DNA of 57,764 bases from Dehalococcoidales bacterium (GCA_030698765.1 JAUYMF010000104.1:1-57764), one strand, 5' to 3'; positions 29,019-39,995 are shown, counted from the first letter of the stretch. Notes: generated by a model from the sequence alone, not told the origin. A program made the numbers and translations.

Positions 29019-29569
29019 TTAGAACCTCCCACCGCCTTGCCTGCCTTACCCGGTTTAAGGCGAACCGGTTCCCCGGAATATCTGATACCCTTGCCTTTAT
29101 AAGCGTCAGGCGGACGGATAGCCCGAATCCTGGCGGCCATCTCACCCACCGCTTCCTTGTCAAACCCGCTGACCTTAATCCGGTTGTTACCCTCAACATT
29201 AAGGGAAACGCCGGGCAGAGGGGAAACCTCAACCGGATGGGAAAAGCCGATGCGAAGTATCAGATTATCGCCCGCTTTCTCCGCCCGGTAGCCGACTCCG
29301 ACTATTTCCAGCACCTTCTCAAAGCCTTTGTCCACCCCCTGCACCATGTTAGCCAGCAGGCTTCTGGTCAAACCGTGCAGGGAGCGGTGCCTACGGTTAT
29401 CACTGGGCCGGGTGACCAGCAGGTTATTATCCTCAAGCGCGATCGACATCTCCGGACTAAAACTACGCTGAAGCTTCCCGTTGGGCCCGGTTACCGTGAC
29501 CTCATCTTTTTTAATGCTCACCGTCACTCCCGACGGTACAGCTATCGGCATTTTACCTATTCTAGACAC
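29015..29569 (-). CDS. rplF: 50S ribosomal protein L6
   Basis: [16 protein letters not shown]... is the L6 pattern. The likely start is GTG at 29569, with GGGGGT upstream. The ORF is open up to TTG at 29590. Confidence 0.93.
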   Translation of the reverse strand: MSRIGKMPIAVPSGVTVSIKKDEVTVTGPNGKLQRSFSPEMSIALEDNNLLVTRPSDNRRHRSLHGLTRSLLANMVQGVDKGFEKVLEIVGVGYRAEKAGDNLILRIGFSHPVEVSPLPGVSLNVEGNNRIKVSGFDKEAVGEMAARIRAIRPPDAYKGKGIRYSGEPVRLKPGKAGKAVGGSK

Positions 29570-29590
29570 CAGTCTTACCCCCGGATTCAA

Positions 29591-29989
29591 TTACATAACA
29601 TAACATAGCAGCTCTCCGCCAAGTCCCTGTCGCCAGGCCTGCTGGCCTGTCATCACACCCTTAGATGTTGAAACAATGGCAATACCCAGACCGCCGCTAA
29701 CCCGCGGGATCTCTTTCCGTCCCATGTATACCCGCAGCCCGGGCTTACTTACCCGCTCCAGCCCGGAAAGGACCGGCCGGTTATTATCATCATACCTGAG
29801 CACCAGCTTTATTGTCCGGTGAGGCTTCCCCTTGAGTACCTCATAGTCTTTGATAAAACCCTCTTCCTTGAGGATCCTGGCCAGAGAGAGTTTCATTTTT
29901 GAGGAAGGTACCAGCACCGAATCATGACGTACCATAATTGCGTTACGTATCCGCGTTAGCATATCCGCTATTGGGTCAGAGATAGTCAC
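29591..29989 (-). CDS. rpsH: 30S ribosomal protein S8
   Basis: 132 aa. [14 protein letters not shown]-terminus. Confidence 0.97.
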   Translation of the reverse strand: MTISDPIADMLTRIRNAIMVRHDSVLVPSSKMKLSLARILKEEGFIKDYEVLKGKPHRTIKLVLRYDDNNRPVLSGLERVSKPGLRVYMGRKEIPRVSGGLGIAIVSTSKGVMTGQQAWRQGLGGELLCYVM

Positions 29990-30023
29990 CGTTCCTCCCT
30001 GAAATTACCATTTATTTTTATTA

Positions 30024-30209
30024 TCACCAGCTTGATTTTCTCACGCCGGGAATCTGACCTGACAGAGCCAGTTTGCGAAAACAAATACGACACAGGCCAA
30101 ACTTACGGATGTAGGCATGAGGCCGGCCACACACGTGACACCGGTTGTGCTGCTGAACGCTGTATTTGGCGGGACGTCTCCACTTGGCAATTTCTGATTT
30201 CTTAGCCAT
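30024..30209 (-). CDS. rpsN: 30S ribosomal protein S14, type Z (zinc-binding)
   Basis: 61 aa from the internal ATG. MAKKS...[21 protein letters not shown]...PGV.K.SW. Confidence 0.95.
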   Translation of the reverse strand: MAKKSEIAKWRRPAKYSVQQHNRCHVCGRPHAYIRKFGLCRICFRKLALSGQIPGVRKSSW

Positions 30210-30753
30210 TGTCCTCCATCGCAAAAGGCATTCCCAACAACTCCAAAAGGTTTCTGCCTTCTTCGTCTACTTTGGCGGTAGTAACAAACGAAATTTCCAG
30301 ACCCCGGGATTTGTCTATCTTGTCGTACTCTATTTCCGGGAAAACGGTCTGCTCCCGGAAGGCCAGGGTATAGTTGCCACGCCCATCAAAAGAGTTCCGG
30401 GGAACTCCCTGAAACTCGCGGATGCGGCATAAAACGGTGTTTACCAGCTTATCAATAAACTGATACATGCGCTCACCGCGCAGGGTCACCTTTAAGCCGA
30501 CGGGCATCCCTTCCCGCAGCTTGAAATTGGCGATGGACTTCCTGGAGCGGGTCGTTATCGGGTGCTGTCCGGTAATAGTTGCCAGATCTCTTTCCGCCGC
30601 CTCGAGAGCTTTGGCATTCTGGATAGCCTCTCCCACCCCAATATTAAGCACCACCTTCTCCAGGCGCGGTACCTCCATGATATTTTTGTATTTACTACGC
30701 TCCATAAGCGCCGGGACAACTTCCTGCTTGTATTTATCTCCCAACCGTGACAT
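30202..30753 (-). CDS. rplE: 50S ribosomal protein L5
   Basis: 183 aa. Canonical L5 pattern ([17 protein letters not shown]) and operon position. Confidence 0.97.
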   Translation of the reverse strand: MSRLGDKYKQEVVPALMERSKYKNIMEVPRLEKVVLNIGVGEAIQNAKALEAAERDLATITGQHPITTRSRKSIANFKLREGMPVGLKVTLRGERMYQFIDKLVNTVLCRIREFQGVPRNSFDGRGNYTLAFREQTVFPEIEYDKIDKSRGLEISFVTTAKVDEEGRNLLELLGMPFAMEDNG

Positions 30754-31065
30754 CTAATCAATCACCTCATGACAAGCGCGACAAACCCGCACTTTCTTAC
30801 CATCCGCCAAAAAACGGAAGCCAATACGGGCAGGGTGATTACATTTAGAGCAGAGCAGCATCACATTGGACACATGGATTGGCGCTTCCCGCTCTATTAT
30901 ACCCGCCTGCCGCGCCTGACGTACCGCCCGGGTATGTCTCTTGATAAAATTAACGCCCTCAACCAGCACCCGCTCGTCACGTGGATGAGCAAAGCGCACT
31001 TTACCCTTTTTCCCCTTGTCCTTACCGGCGATAACCAGAACCGTGTCGTTCTTCCTGATATTCAT
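30754..31065 (-). CDS. rplX: 50S ribosomal protein L24
   Basis: 103 aa. KOW motif (IRKNDTV.VIAGKDKGK.G.V). Confidence 0.96.
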   Translation of the reverse strand: MNIRKNDTVLVIAGKDKGKKGKVRFAHPRDERVLVEGVNFIKRHTRAVRQARQAGIIEREAPIHVSNVMLLCSKCNHPARIGFRFLADGKKVRVCRACHEVID

Positions 31066-31066
31066 C

Positions 31067-31435
31067 TCATAAAACCTCGGGGGCTAAAGATATTATCTTG
31101 GTGAAATTTTTATCTCTCAGTTCCCGCGCTACCGGGCCAAAGATACGGGTTCCTTTAGGGTTATTCTTATCCGTAAGAATAACCGCCGCATTCTCATCAA
31201 ATCTGATGGAAGAGCCGTCAGGGCGCCGGTACCTCTGAGTGGTACGAATAACAACCGCCTTGACCACTTCGCCTTTTTTCACGGCTCCCCCGGCGGTTGC
31301 CCGCTTTACCGAAGCCACGATAGTATCTCCCACCCGGGCAAATTTCCGCCCGGTACCGCCGAGCAACCCGATGCACATAATCTGGCGGGCGCCGGTGTTA
31401 TCAGCTACTTTAAGTCTGGTATAAGATTGTATCAT
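31067..31435 (-). CDS. rplN: 50S ribosomal protein L14
   Basis: 122 aa. MIQ..T.L.VADN.GA....CI. Confidence 0.98.
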   Translation of the reverse strand: MIQSYTRLKVADNTGARQIMCIGLLGGTGRKFARVGDTIVASVKRATAGGAVKKGEVVKAVVIRTTQRYRRPDGSSIRFDENAAVILTDKNNPKGTRIFGPVARELRDKNFTKIISLAPEVL

Positions 31436-31458
31436 GCCGCTCTACCTCAAATATCAGC

Positions 31459-31755
31459 CTAGGTTATTTCCCTGGGTTGAATTTCAATGGCTTCCTTCTT
31501 GGTTATTATCTCAGCCACCCGCCACCGCTTGTCTTTGGAGAGAGGACGGGTCTCGATAATCCTGACGATATCCCCTTCCCCGCACTCATTTTTAGCATCG
31601 TCAGCCTTATATTTAACCAACTTCTTAAGCGTCTTCCCGTACCGCGGGTGATGCGTGGTTGTTTCCACAGCGACAACCGCAGTTTTATCCATCTTGTTGC
31701 TGACGACCCGGCCAATCCTGATTTTACGCTTTGTCTCCATATCTTTCAAACCCAC
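31459..31755 (-). CDS. rpsQ: 30S ribosomal protein S17
   Basis: [14 protein letters not shown]....HP.Y.K pattern. The true start may be the internal ATG at 31740. Confidence 0.95.
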   Translation of the reverse strand: MGLKDMETKRKIRIGRVVSNKMDKTAVVAVETTTHHPRYGKTLKKLVKYKADDAKNECGEGDIVRIIETRPLSKDKRWRVAEIITKKEAIEIQPREIT

Positions 31756-31789
31756 TCCGAGCCTGTTTTAACTCCTGATCTTTAATAAC

Positions 31790-31987
31790 TTACTCCTGAG
31801 CCAGTTCCCTCTCTCTGATTATCGTCTGCAGCCGGGCGATGTTCTTCCTGGTCGCCCGTACCTGACGATGGTTGACCAGCTGCTTGGTCTCCAGACGAAA
31901 ACGTAGGTCAAAAAGCTCACGATGAGCAGCTTCTAGCTGCTTCGCCAATTCTTCGGAGCTCAAGGCTCTAATTTCATCAACTTTCAA
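31790..31987 (-). CDS. rpmC: 50S ribosomal protein L29
   Basis: 65 aa. L...ELF.LRF......L.N....R..RK.IAR pattern. Confidence 0.95.
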   Translation of the reverse strand: MKVDEIRALSSEELAKQLEAAHRELFDLRFRLETKQLVNHRQVRATRKNIARLQTIIRERELAQE

Positions 31988-32014
31988 TTGACACCAGCTC
32001 CCACCGTAGTCTGA

Positions 32015-32443
32015 CTATCCGGCCGCCGTCAGGCTTTCCCTGACGACAAATTTAGTATCTATGGGAAGTTTATGCGCCGCCAGGCGCATTGCCTCCTTGG
32101 CGACATCCTCATTAACGCCGGCCATCTCAAATAAAATCCGGCCCGGCTTTACTACCGCCACCCAGTGGTCCGGGGCGCCTTTGCCTGAACCCATACGGGT
32201 CTCCGCCGCCTTCTTGGTGACCGGTTTATCCGGGAAAATGCACACCCAGATATTACCGCCCCGACGAACGTAACGGGTAATCGCCCGCCGCGCGGCTTCG
32301 ATTTGACGGGCAGTGAGCCAGGCAGGCTCCTGCGCCTGCAGGCCGAAATCGCCAAAGACAACCGTATTCCTCGAAGAGGATTCACCACGACGGTGCCCTT
32401 TATGCGACTTGCGGAACTTCACTCTTTTAGGTTGTAACATCAT
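32015..32443 (-). CDS. rplP: 50S ribosomal protein L16
   Basis: 142 aa. MLQPKR.KFRK.HKG...G N-terminus. Confidence 0.97.
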   Translation of the reverse strand: MMLQPKRVKFRKSHKGHRRGESSSRNTVVFGDFGLQAQEPAWLTARQIEAARRAITRYVRRGGNIWVCIFPDKPVTKKAAETRMGSGKGAPDHWVAVVKPGRILFEMAGVNEDVAKEAMRLAAHKLPIDTKFVVRESLTAAG

Positions 32444-33350
32444 CCTCTCCCGCTGGCTTAGACGACTCTACCTCATCCGTATTTCCGGCAGCCGCTTCCG
32501 CAGCTGGCGCGGTTCTGGCCCGGCGTTTCGGCGCCGGTTTGTCCGGCGCTTCTTCTGCCGCTACTGCCGTTACGCCTTCTGTGCTTTCTCCGGCAGCCGC
32601 TTCCGCAGCCGGCGCGGTTCTGGCCCGGCGTTTCGGCGCCGGTTTGTCCGGCGTTTCTTCTGCCGCTACTGCCTCAGCCATTGTTTCTGCCGGCGCTTCC
32701 TCGGCTTCCTCTTCTTTTTTGACCTCCGGCAGGATTTCACCTTTATATATCCAGACCTTCACCCCGATGCGCCCCATCACCGTACGCGCCTCGATAAAGC
32801 CATAGTCAATATCAGCCCGCAGCGTGTGCAGAGGTACCTGTCCCTCCCGCATACTCAGGCGGCGCGCTATTTCAGCGCCTCCCAGCCTGCCGGAACAACT
32901 GACTTTCATTCCTTTGGCGCCAGCCTGCATCGTGCGTATCATTACCTGTTTCATCGCCCGGCGGTAAGCAACCCGGCGCTCAATCTGCTCAGCTATGTTC
33001 CTGGCTACCAGGTAGGCATCAAGTTCAGGCTGCTGAATTTCCTGGATATTTAATTGCACCTTCTTACCGATAAGTCGCTCCAGGGAACGCCTGGTCTCAT
33101 CAACCCGCTGTCCTCCGCGGCCGATGACGATACCCGGCCGGGCCGTATGAACGGTCATCGCCACCTGGTTTGCTTCACGCTCAATCTCCACCAGAGAGAC
33201 GGCGGCATCGGCATAAGCGGATTGAATAGCCTGCCTCAATTTCAGGTCTTCCTGCAGGAAATCGGCGTAAGATTTATCGGCGTACCACTTAGCCTGCCAA
33301 TCACGGATGACGCCAAGTCTAAAGCCCAGTGGGTGTACTTTATGTCCCAT
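32427..33350 (-). CDS. rpsC: 30S ribosomal protein S3 with a long repeat-containing C-terminal extension
   Basis: 307 aa. [13 protein letters not shown]... KH and S3-C domains occupy the first roughly 215 aa. They are followed by about 90 aa of low-complexity A/E/P/K tail that contains a duplicated 35-aa unit. Confidence 0.96.
   Translation of the reverse strand: MGHKVHPLGFRLGVIRDWQAKWYADKSYADFLQEDLKLRQAIQSAYADAAVSLVEIEREANQVAMTVHTARPGIVIGRGGQRVDETRRSLERLIGKKVQLNIQEIQQPELDAYLVARNIAEQIERRVAYRRAMKQVMIRTMQAGAKGMKVSCSGRLGGAEIARRLSMREGQVPLHTLRADIDYGFIEARTVMGRIGVKVWIYKGEILPEVKKEEEAEEAPAETMAEAVAAEETPDKPAPKRRARTAPAAEAAAGESTEGVTAVAAEEAPDKPAPKRRARTAPAAEAAAGNTDEVESSKPAGEDDVTT
32484..32673. repeat. Tandem direct duplication (period 105 bp) inside the rpsC 3' extension
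   Basis: 32484-32568 and 32589-32673 are 85-bp blocks that differ at 2 positions. Both encode AVAAEE(T/A)[21 protein letters not shown]. Confidence 0.9.
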
Positions 33351-33688
33351 TAACTCTCCTGTTCACCAACAATTACGGTAATATGACTGGAACGTTTCAG
33401 GATAGGGCTTACCCGCCCTCTGGACCTGGGACGGAACCTCTTCAAAGTCCGCGCCTCATCAGCATAGATACTGACAATTTTCAGGTCCGCGGCCGCCATC
33501 TGAAAACCATTCTCGGCATTAGCCGCCGCTGATTTTATCACCTTGGACACGACGCGGGCAGTCGGGGAAGGGGTAAATCTGAGCATATTTAAGGCTTCGT
33601 CAACCTTCTTACCCCGTACCATATCAACCACCAGCCGTACCTTGCGCGGTGATACTCCGGTATCTTTAGCTATCGCTCTTACTTTCAT
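33350..33688 (-). CDS. rplV: 50S ribosomal protein L22
   Basis: 112 aa. SPRK.RLV.D..RG pattern. Confidence 0.96.
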   Translation of the reverse strand: MKVRAIAKDTGVSPRKVRLVVDMVRGKKVDEALNMLRFTPSPTARVVSKVIKSAAANAENGFQMAAADLKIVSIYADEARTLKRFRPRSRGRVSPILKRSSHITVIVGEQES

Positions 33689-33729
33689 TTTTATACCTTC
33701 AGGCTTTTCCTAAAACCAGCCGTAAGCTG

Positions 33730-34020
33730 CTATTTCCTTCTTACCTGAGAAGTCCTTTCCGCCTTGGAGACATGCCCCCGGAAGGTCCGCGTCAGAGCGA
33801 ACTCACCCAGCTTATGCCCCACCATATTCTCCGTAATAAAGATGGGAACGTGCCTCCGCCCATCATGCACGCCGATGGTCAGACCTACCATGTCCGGTAA
33901 TATGGTAGACCAGCGCGACCAGGTCTTGATAACCGCTTTCTGGCCGGAGCGATTAAGCGCTTCCACCCTTTTCATCAGTTTTTCATCAACGGCTGGACCT
34001 TTTTTGGTTGACCTTGACAT
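33730..34020 (-). CDS. rpsS: 30S ribosomal protein S19
   Basis: 96 aa. SRS.KKGP.VD..L...TWSR.STI.P.MVG.TI.VH.G pattern. Confidence 0.97.
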   Translation of the reverse strand: MSRSTKKGPAVDEKLMKRVEALNRSGQKAVIKTWSRWSTILPDMVGLTIGVHDGRRHVPIFITENMVGHKLGEFALTRTFRGHVSKAERTSQVRRK

Positions 34021-34022
34021 TA

Positions 34023-34853
34023 TTACTTCTTCCCCCGGCGTTTAACAATCATTTTATCCGAAGCCTTGTTCTTACGGGTCTTGTAGCCCAGTGCCGGCTT
34101 CCCCCACGGCGTTTTCGGCCCGGGGAGACCTATCGGGCTTCTGCCTTCTCCACCACCGTGAGGGTGGTCGCGGGGCGTCATCGCCGAGCCTCTTACCGTG
34201 GGCCTCCAGCCCGACCACCGTTTCCGGCCGGCCTTGCCTAATTTTATGCCCTGGTGCTCGACATTACCCACCTGCCCGACAGTCGCCGTACAATCACTGT
34301 TGACACGTCTGGCCTCACCGGACGGCAGCCGGATGAGGGCATAATCGCCTTCCTTGGCTACTATCTGGGCGGACATCCCGGCGCTGCGCACCAGCTGCCC
34401 CCCCTTGCCTTTCTGCAACTCTATATTATGTATCATAGTGCCGCTTGGAATCAACTTTAAAGGTAAGCTGTTCCCCGGTTTTATCTCGGCTTCTCCGCCC
34501 GCTTTTATCGTATCGCCAACTTTCAGTCCCAGAGGGGCCAGGATGTAACGCTTTTCTCCGTCAGCATCGTAAATCAGGGCGATCCGCGCCGAACGGTTCG
34601 GGTCATACTCGATAGCCGCCACCCTGCCCGGAACGCCGCTTTTGCCGCGCTTAAAGTCGATGATGCGGATATTCCGCTTGGCGCCTCCGCCGCGGTGACG
34701 GACGGTTATTCTCCCCTGGCTATTACGCCCGGCTCTCTTCCTCAGGGGCAAGAGCAGGGATTTTTCCGGCTTGTCTTTGGTTATCTCTTCAAAGGTGGCG
34801 CCGGTCATGCCCCGCCTGCCGGGAGAAGTTGGTCGATATATCTTTAATGCCAT
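34023..34853 (-). CDS. rplB: 50S ribosomal protein L2
   Basis: 276 aa. HRGGG.K...R.IDF.R and [16 protein letters not shown] motifs. Confidence 0.98.
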   Translation of the reverse strand: MALKIYRPTSPGRRGMTGATFEEITKDKPEKSLLLPLRKRAGRNSQGRITVRHRGGGAKRNIRIIDFKRGKSGVPGRVAAIEYDPNRSARIALIYDADGEKRYILAPLGLKVGDTIKAGGEAEIKPGNSLPLKLIPSGTMIHNIELQKGKGGQLVRSAGMSAQIVAKEGDYALIRLPSGEARRVNSDCTATVGQVGNVEHQGIKLGKAGRKRWSGWRPTVRGSAMTPRDHPHGGGEGRSPIGLPGPKTPWGKPALGYKTRKNKASDKMIVKRRGKK

Positions 34854-34960
34854 TTTCTACTACAGTCTCCCCAGTTTTTGAAGGGATTCCTTTTAAGAAG
34901 TAATCCCCGGGCCGAACTCTCACCTAATCCCGCTAACAGGGAAAGAGCGCAGTCCCTGAA

Positions 34961-34984
34961 GGGGCTTTCCCCCTTCCCTTTACC
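34961..34984 (-). repeat. G-rich motif GGTAAAGGGAAGGGGGAAAGCCCC inside the rplW-rplB spacer
   Basis: The reverse complement matches the motif at 1633-1653. Embedded in an unusually long 136-nt intra-operon spacer. Confidence 0.5.
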
Positions 34985-34989
34985 ATTTA

Positions 34990-35274
34990 TTAAGTACTCT
35001 CGAAGAGCTCAATCTTATCCCCCGGCTGCAGGGTAACCACCGCCTTTTTCCAGGGCCGGGCCGGGAGCTGCCGCATTCCTAACCGGCGCCGGCTACCGGG
35101 CATGGTCATCACATTCACCGACGTCACTTTGACCTTAAAAGCCTTTTCTACGGCCTGTTTAATCTGAGGTTTATTAGCCCCCGCGGCTACTTCAAAGGCA
35201 TATTTACCATAAGCCTGGAGGGCGGTATACTTTTCAGTTATCAGCGGACGGCGCAATATCTGATGCAGTTGCAC
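34990..35274 (-). CDS. rplW: 50S ribosomal protein L23
   Basis: 94 aa. I.RPLITEK...F.V...ANK..IK.AVEK.F.VKV..VN pattern. Confidence 0.96.
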   Translation of the reverse strand: MQLHQILRRPLITEKYTALQAYGKYAFEVAAGANKPQIKQAVEKAFKVKVTSVNVMTMPGSRRRLGMRQLPARPWKKAVVTLQPGDKIELFEST

Positions 35275-35917
35275 TGCTTTCTCCTCCGGTTGATTCCTCT
35301 CCCCACAACTCTTCCACCCTGCGTACGGCAGACACCGTTATCAATAACATTTTGCGGGAAAGGATGTCAACCACATTTAGTAAACTGGCCGGCATCGTCT
35401 TGACACCGGGCAGGTTACGGGCTGATTTGATTACATTCTCTTCCGGGGCGCCGGTAACGATAAGAGATGAAGAAGTCACGCCCAGGGCGGCCAGAACCTG
35501 CGCCATTTCCCTGGTTTTCGGCTGCTCAAACTCCAGCGCTTCGACGATTTTCAATTCCTGGTCCCGGACCTTGGCGGAAAGGACACATCTCAGCGCCAGC
35601 CGGCGCATCCGCTTCGGTAGCGCCTGCCGGTAACTTCTCGGCTTGGGCCCGAAGACGATGCCTCCCCCCCGGCGCAACGGTGACTTGATACTGCCCGCCC
35701 GGGCATTCCCGGTACCTTTCTGGCGGTACAGCTTCCGCGTGCTCCCGGTGACCTCGCCGCGGGTCCTGGTACTGACCGTGCCCTGGCGGGCATTGGCGCG
35801 CTGGCCGACCATTACCTGATGCACCACTCCCTGATTAAAGGGCACGCCAAACACGCTCTCGCTGATCTCAATCTGTTTTACTTCTTCTCCGGTAACACTG
35901 TAAACTGGAACCTGCAT
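35234..35917 (-). CDS. rplD: 50S ribosomal protein L4
   Basis: 227 aa. Canonical L4 core (RQGT...TR.EV.GS.RK.YRQKGTG.AR.GS). A roughly 20-aa acidic/Ser-rich tail overlaps the rplW start by 41 nt. Confidence 0.96.
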   Translation of the reverse strand: MQVPVYSVTGEEVKQIEISESVFGVPFNQGVVHQVMVGQRANARQGTVSTRTRGEVTGSTRKLYRQKGTGNARAGSIKSPLRRGGGIVFGPKPRSYRQALPKRMRRLALRCVLSAKVRDQELKIVEALEFEQPKTREMAQVLAALGVTSSSLIVTGAPEENVIKSARNLPGVKTMPASLLNVVDILSRKMLLITVSAVRRVEELWGEESTGGESSATASDIAPSADN

Positions 35918-35922
35918 TTCGG

Positions 35923-36546
35923 CTATGCTCCCCCGCCCGATTTCTTTATCAGAAGCAGCCCGTTGCGGCTACCGGGTAACGCTCCCTTGACCAGCAACCG
36001 GTTATTCTCCGGGTCTGTTTTATATACTTCCAGCTTGCGCACCGTCACTCGCTCACCCCCCATGCGCCCGGCCATACGGGTCCCTTTGAGCACTCTGCCG
36101 GGGGAGGTAGTCGAGCCTATCGAGCCGGGGTGACGGTGCCGGTCGGACTGGCCGTGAGTCTTCGGCCCGCCGGCAAAATGATGGCGCTTGACCACACCGG
36201 CGAAACCCTTGCTCTTGGAGACTCCGGTCACATCCACGTGGTCACCTTCTTCAAAGAGGCTAACGTCAATCCTATCGCCGATATTGATCGCTTCCGCATC
36301 ACCCACCCTAAATTCGCGAAGGTAGCGGAATTTACCCAGCTCCCTGAGATGTCCCCGCTGCGGCGACTTGATCCGTTTCGCCTCACCGAAGCCGAGCTGA
36401 ACGGCATTATAACCTTCTTTAGCCTCGGTCTTTACCTGTATTACGGTACACGGCCCGGCCTCAATAACAGTCAGCGCTTCCATTTCACCGCTGTCATTGT
36501 ATACCTGGGTCATGCCCAGTTTCCGGCCAATAATTCCCTGTAACAT
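35923..36546 (-). CDS. rplC: 50S ribosomal protein L3
   Basis: 207 aa. GIIG.K.GMTQ and SKGKGF.G..KRH.F pattern. Confidence 0.97.
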   Translation of the reverse strand: MLQGIIGRKLGMTQVYNDSGEMEALTVIEAGPCTVIQVKTEAKEGYNAVQLGFGEAKRIKSPQRGHLRELGKFRYLREFRVGDAEAINIGDRIDVSLFEEGDHVDVTGVSKSKGFAGVVKRHHFAGGPKTHGQSDRHRHPGSIGSTTSPGRVLKGTRMAGRMGGERVTVRKLEVYKTDPENNRLLVKGALPGSRNGLLLIKKSGGGA

Positions 36547-36579
36547 ATCTTCAGCTTCCTTAAAGCGATTTGCGCCCCT

Positions 36580-36888
36580 CTATAATTTAATATCTACCTC
36601 AACTCCCGAGGGTATGTGCAGACCGGTCAGAGCATCTATTGTCTTGGAGCTCGTTTCGATAATATCAATAAGCCGTTTATGGGTCCGGATTTCAAATTGC
36701 TCCTGTGAGTCTTTATCAATGAACGGGGAGCGGATAACGCTGAACTTCTGGATATGTGTTGGCAGCGGCACCGGCCCGGAAATAACGGCTCCGGTACGCT
36801 CCACGGCTTCTACAATCTGTTCCGCCGCCTGGTCAACCAGCTTATGGTCAAAGCCCTTTATCTTGATACGAATTTTTTGTTTAGGCAT
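36580..36888 (-). CDS. rpsJ: 30S ribosomal protein S10
   Basis: 102 aa from the internal ATG ([15 protein letters not shown]...). The ORF is open to 36909. The chosen start overlaps the fusA stop by 8 nt. Confidence 0.95.
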   Translation of the reverse strand: MPKQKIRIKIKGFDHKLVDQAAEQIVEAVERTGAVISGPVPLPTHIQKFSVIRSPFIDKDSQEQFEIRTHKRLIDIIETSSKTIDALTGLHIPSGVEVDIKL

Positions 36889-39013
36889 GTTCACTCCCCA
36901 CTTTATCAACCATCTTGGCCACTAAATCAGCCGACACTTCCTGATAGTGATCGAACTCTATCGAGTGAGTAGCTCTGCCTTGAGTTTTCGACCGGAGAAC
37001 GGTTGCGTAGCCAAAAGCCTCCGCCAGGGGGATAAGGGCATGGATGGTAGCTAATTCTCCGTAGGTCTCAACGGATGCAAGATGCGCTCGCCTTGAATTG
37101 AGGTCACCGATAACATCACCCAGGAACTGCTCCGGCGTCACTACCTCCAGCTTCATAATCGGTTCCAGAAGAACCGGGGCCGCTTTAGCGACGCCGCTCT
37201 TCAACGCCATCGAACCGGCCATCTTGAAGGCTAACTCTGAAGAGTCAACCTCATGATAGCTGCCGTCAACCAGGGTTGCCTTGATATCAACCACCGGATA
37301 ATTGGCCAGTACCCCGGTCTCCGTAGCCTCTTTGATACCGGCTTCAACAGCCGGGATGAAATTCTTGGGGATGGTAATCCCTTTAAGACGGTTAACAAAC
37401 TCCAGACCGCTGCCGCGCTCCCCGGGCTCAAGCTCAATCCAGACATGCCCGTACTGACCATGGCCGCCGCTCTGCCGGATAAACCTGCCTTCGGCACGCA
37501 CCGGCCGGGTGATGGTCTCCCGGTAGGCAACCCGTGGCCTGCCCACTTTGGCCCCTACTTTGAACTCACTGAGCAACCGGTTTACGATGACCTCCAGGTG
37601 AAGCTCACCCATACCGGAGATGACCGTCTGTCCCGTCTCGTGGTCAAAAACCACCCTGAAAGTGGGATCTTCCTCGGTTAGTCTCTGCAGGGCTTCCCCC
37701 ATCTTGTCCTGGTCAGCTTTGGTCTTTGGTTCAATAGCCACTGATATTACCGGCTCAGGGAAACGGATCGACTCCAGTATCACCGGGCGCGAAGGATGAC
37801 ACAGGGTATCCCCGGTAAAGGTATCCTTAAGGCCCAGAGTAGCCACAATAGCACCGGTATCAGCCTCATCTATCTCGGTGCGGCGGTTGGCGTGCATTAA
37901 CAGCAACCGTCCCAGCCTCTCTCTCTTGCCCCGGGTCGAGTTATAGACCTGGTCACCGGCGGCCAGCTTGCCGGCATACACCCTGAAGTAGACCAGCCGG
38001 CCGACGTAGGGGTCAGATACCACCTTAAAGGCCAGCGCGGTAAAGGGCTCCTCGTCACTGGCGGGAATGGAGAGCTCAGCCTGGCCATGAGTAGCCACAG
38101 CCGGCACGGGCGGCACCTCCAGCGGCGATGGCAGATAGCTGGTAATGGCATCAAGTAATAGCTGGATACCTTTATTCCGCAGCGCACTGCCACAAATAAT
38201 CGGTACCCCTTTATTAGCCAGGGTTACTCTTCTTAAGGCCTGTTTTAACTCTTCAGCGGGAATGTCATGACCGTCAAGGTAGGCTATTAAAATCTGGTCA
38301 TCCATCTCCGCCAGTTTCTCAATCAACGCCTGACGATATTCAGCACACTTCGCCCGCTCTGACTCAGGGATAGCCACCTCCGTCGGTTCTGTCCCGATCT
38401 CACCATCAAAGCTCCAGGCTCTGCTCTCAATCAGGTCAATAACGCCATGGAATGCAGTCTCAACGCCTAAAGGCAGTTGGATCGGCAGCGGTTTGGCGCG
38501 CAACCGCTGTTCAATCATGGATATGGTGCGGTTGAAATTGGCGCCGAGCCGGTCCATCTTGTTGATGAAGCAAATGCGGGGCACACGGTACCGGTCAGCC
38601 TGCCGCCATACCGTCTCTGACTGAGCTTCGACTCCGGCCACCGCGTCAAAAACCACCACGCCTCCGTCCAGTATCCTGAGACTGCGCTCAACCTCAGCGG
38701 TAAAATCAACATGCCCGGGGGTATCAATGATATTGATGCGGTGGTCTCTCCAATAACAGGTTGTCGCCGCGGCGGTGATGGTAATGCCGCGCTCCTTCTC
38801 CTGTTCCATCCAGTCCATGACCGCCGTCCCTTCATGCACTTCCCCTACCTTGTAGGTACGGCCGGTGTAATACAATATCCGCTCGGTGACGGTAGTCTTA
38901 CCGGCATCGATATGAGCGATAAAAGCTATATTTCGTATATCTTCAAGTGGAAAACTTCTCGGCACTACCCTCTCCTCTGCCCCCGATTTAATTGTTTGCT
39001 GTTTATTTACCAT
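36881..39013 (-). CDS. fusA: Elongation factor G
   Basis: 710 aa. G domain [21 protein letters not shown]. Domains II-V present. Confidence 0.98.
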   Translation of the reverse strand: MVNKQQTIKSGAEERVVPRSFPLEDIRNIAFIAHIDAGKTTVTERILYYTGRTYKVGEVHEGTAVMDWMEQEKERGITITAAATTCYWRDHRINIIDTPGHVDFTAEVERSLRILDGGVVVFDAVAGVEAQSETVWRQADRYRVPRICFINKMDRLGANFNRTISMIEQRLRAKPLPIQLPLGVETAFHGVIDLIESRAWSFDGEIGTEPTEVAIPESERAKCAEYRQALIEKLAEMDDQILIAYLDGHDIPAEELKQALRRVTLANKGVPIICGSALRNKGIQLLLDAITSYLPSPLEVPPVPAVATHGQAELSIPASDEEPFTALAFKVVSDPYVGRLVYFRVYAGKLAAGDQVYNSTRGKRERLGRLLLMHANRRTEIDEADTGAIVATLGLKDTFTGDTLCHPSRPVILESIRFPEPVISVAIEPKTKADQDKMGEALQRLTEEDPTFRVVFDHETGQTVISGMGELHLEVIVNRLLSEFKVGAKVGRPRVAYRETITRPVRAEGRFIRQSGGHGQYGHVWIELEPGERGSGLEFVNRLKGITIPKNFIPAVEAGIKEATETGVLANYPVVDIKATLVDGSYHEVDSSELAFKMAGSMALKSGVAKAAPVLLEPIMKLEVVTPEQFLGDVIGDLNSRRAHLASVETYGELATIHALIPLAEAFGYATVLRSKTQGRATHSIEFDHYQEVSADLVAKMVDKVGSEHA

Positions 39014-39038
39014 ACTGAAATTGCCCTTAGGTCACCTT

Positions 39039-39509
39039 TCACCATCTGTAGTGGGCGAAGGCCCGGTTCGCCTCAGCCATTCTATGAGTATCGTCGCGCT
39101 TTTTAACGGTCGCCCCCTGCCCCTTAGCCGCATCGCTAAGCTCACCGGCCAGCTTCACGACCATAGATTTACCCTGCCTGGACTTGGCCGAAGCAACCAG
39201 CCAGCGCAGAGCCAGGGAGAGGCTCCGTTCCGGCCGTACCTCTACCGGGACCTGATAGGTAGCGCCCCCGATACGGCGTGACTTAACCTCCAGTTGAGGA
39301 GTCGCATTTCTCACCGCCTGTTCCAGCACGGAGAGAGGAGCTTTGTCTTCCTGCTTTTCGATACTGGCCAGAGCACCATAAACAATCTTCTCCGCCGTGC
39401 TCTTCTTGCCATCCTTCATTACTCTGTTAATCAGCCTGGCTAAGACTACATTATGATAAACAGCATCGGCAGCTATCCCTTTGGTGGTGGCCCGACTCCG
39501 TCTTGACAT
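39039..39509 (-). CDS. rpsG: 30S ribosomal protein S7
   Basis: 156 aa. MSRR...KDGKKS.AE.I.Y.A and a C-terminal ...AHYRW. Confidence 0.97.
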   Translation of the reverse strand: MSRRSRATTKGIAADAVYHNVVLARLINRVMKDGKKSTAEKIVYGALASIEKQEDKAPLSVLEQAVRNATPQLEVKSRRIGGATYQVPVEVRPERSLSLALRWLVASAKSRQGKSMVVKLAGELSDAAKGQGATVKKRDDTHRMAEANRAFAHYRW

Positions 39510-39527
39510 TCTATCCTCCTGAGTACC

Positions 39528-39944
39528 TTAAGCCTTGACCCGCTTGGCGCCATACTTACTGCGGGCTTGCCGGCGATTCTCGACACCGGTGGTATCCAGT
39601 ACCCCCCGGATAATATGATAACGCACGCCGGGCAGATCTTTAACACGCCCTCCATGGATGAGGACTACGGAGTGTTCCTGCAGCCTGTGGCCCTCACCGG
39701 GGATATAAGCGGTTACCTCCATGCCGTTGGACAGCCGTACCCGGGCTATCTTACGCAGCGCTGAATTGGGCTTCTTCGGGGTGGTCGTCTTTACCTGGAT
39801 ACAGACCCCGCGCTTCTGCGGAGAACCCTCACCCTGGACCATCCTGTTCTTCAACGCATTATAGGTGAAGCGCAACGCCGGCGTCTTACTTTTCTTCGAA
39901 GCCGCCCTACGCCCTTTTCGGATAAGCTGATTAATTGTTGGCAA
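39528..39944 (-). CDS. rpsL: 30S ribosomal protein S12
   Basis: 138 aa. [12 protein letters not shown]...PKKPNSA.RK.ARVRL. Confidence 0.98.
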   Translation of the reverse strand: MPTINQLIRKGRRAASKKSKTPALRFTYNALKNRMVQGEGSPQKRGVCIQVKTTTPKKPNSALRKIARVRLSNGMEVTAYIPGEGHRLQEHSVVLIHGGRVKDLPGVRYHIIRGVLDTTGVENRRQARSKYGAKRVKA

Positions 39945-39971
39945 TTATCTCCTCCCCGTCTCACAATTGAA

Positions 39972-39995
39972 ATGGATGAGCATAAGCTCATCCAT
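39972..39995 (-). other. Perfect 10-bp hairpin in the rpsL 5' leader
   Basis: ATGGATGAGC-ataa-GCTCATCCAT, located between the candidate rpsL promoter and the rpsL SD (GGAGGAG). Confidence 0.6.

Noticed and set aside
32313-33053. A 246-aa plus-strand ORF with an internal peptide repeat ([27 protein letters not shown], twice).
   Set aside because: It is the antisense reading of the rpsC tail duplication. The repeat is explained by the 105-bp tandem duplication in rpsC and not by a separate gene.
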